64,000 nucleotides of DNA. Origin: Malacoraja senta (Eukaryota). The translations under genes and the position numbers were made by a program. Positions 63,448 to 64,000 of the stretch are shown in pieces. Each line of letters starts with the position of its first letter. Position 1 is the first letter of the stretch. Under the pieces are notes generated by a model. The model was given only the letters and a program-made list of their open reading frames with translations, was not told where the DNA came from and did not search any database. The stretch spans positions 103,044,001-103,108,000 of the forward strand of contig CM075977.1 of assembly GCA_038087875.1 (NCBI GenBank), written 5' to 3'.

Positions 63448-63770
63448 TGTTTCCACTCGTGGGAGAGTTTATAGAGGGGACACAACTACAAAGCAAGCGA
63501 CCAGTCATTTAATACTGAGGTGCATAGAAATGTAGTCTCTCAGAGGATGTTTAATCTGCAGAATACTCTGCCCACAAGGGTGGTGGCCAGATTATTAGAT
63601 ACATTTAGGTGGATAAGAAAATATTTCAAAGATTGAGGAAGTCAGGGTTATGGGAAACTGAGATAGAAGAGGAGATGAGGCCAGTGTAGATCAGCCATGG
63701 GCATATTAAATGACAGGGCAGGTTTGAGGCCCAGTTGCCTATACCTGCTCCTGTTTTCTTGTGTTCTTAT
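63314..63770 (+). mobile_element. Old CR1 3' fragment
   Basis: Diverged AGAGGGGGACACA..CTCTCAGAGG..GATCAGCCATG..CCTGCTCCTGTT. Confidence 0.7.
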
Positions 63771-63854
63771 CATTCTGCTAGGGATAGAAAGGAAAGACTT
63801 GGTTATTTTGAATTTTACTTTCTCCGTCTCTTCAGTTTTTCTTCTGCTGCTACC

Positions 63855-64000
63855 TTTAGAGTTTAGAGATACCGCCTGGAAACAGGTCCTTCGGCTCACC
63901 GAGTCCGCGCCGACCAGCGATCACTAGCACTATCTTATACACCAGGGACAATTTTACAATTCATACCAAAGCCAAGGAACCTACAAACCTGCACGTATTT
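63855..64000 (-). mobile_element. SINE 3' part, running off the window
   Basis: TTTAGAGATAC..GGAAACAGG..CCTACAAACCTG. Confidence 0.8.

Overview
Eukaryotic, repeat-dominated genomic DNA with five N gaps. The repeat content (CR1/HER1-like LINE ends, HE1/V-SINE-like SINEs, Rex1/Babar, L2, L1, Penelope) suggests a cartilaginous fish such as a skate, ray or shark; this is an inference. Bases 1-44 kb are mostly nested transposon debris. The only long intact ORF is a Gypsy gag-pol (ATG 39880, stop 43332). It has a single LTR, yet is bounded by a 9-bp perfect inverted repeat and a 5-bp target-site duplication (TSD). A related ~815-bp two-LTR deletion derivative lies at 647-1463. Other notable items: two ~400-bp RTE-5'UTR-like inserts with 12-bp TSDs, GC-rich composite retroelements with Rex1-type tails, many Penelope pLTR fragments and fold-backs with minimal hammerhead cores, and a 2.5-kb TIR element with unexplained cargo. 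From ~44 kb the unique DNA looks richer in CpG and leads to a probable signal-peptide first coding exon of an unidentified host gene (57223-57289). No prokaryotic system, CRISPR array, rRNA or true tRNA gene was seen. Coordinates were read by eye, and boundaries of degraded repeats are approximate.
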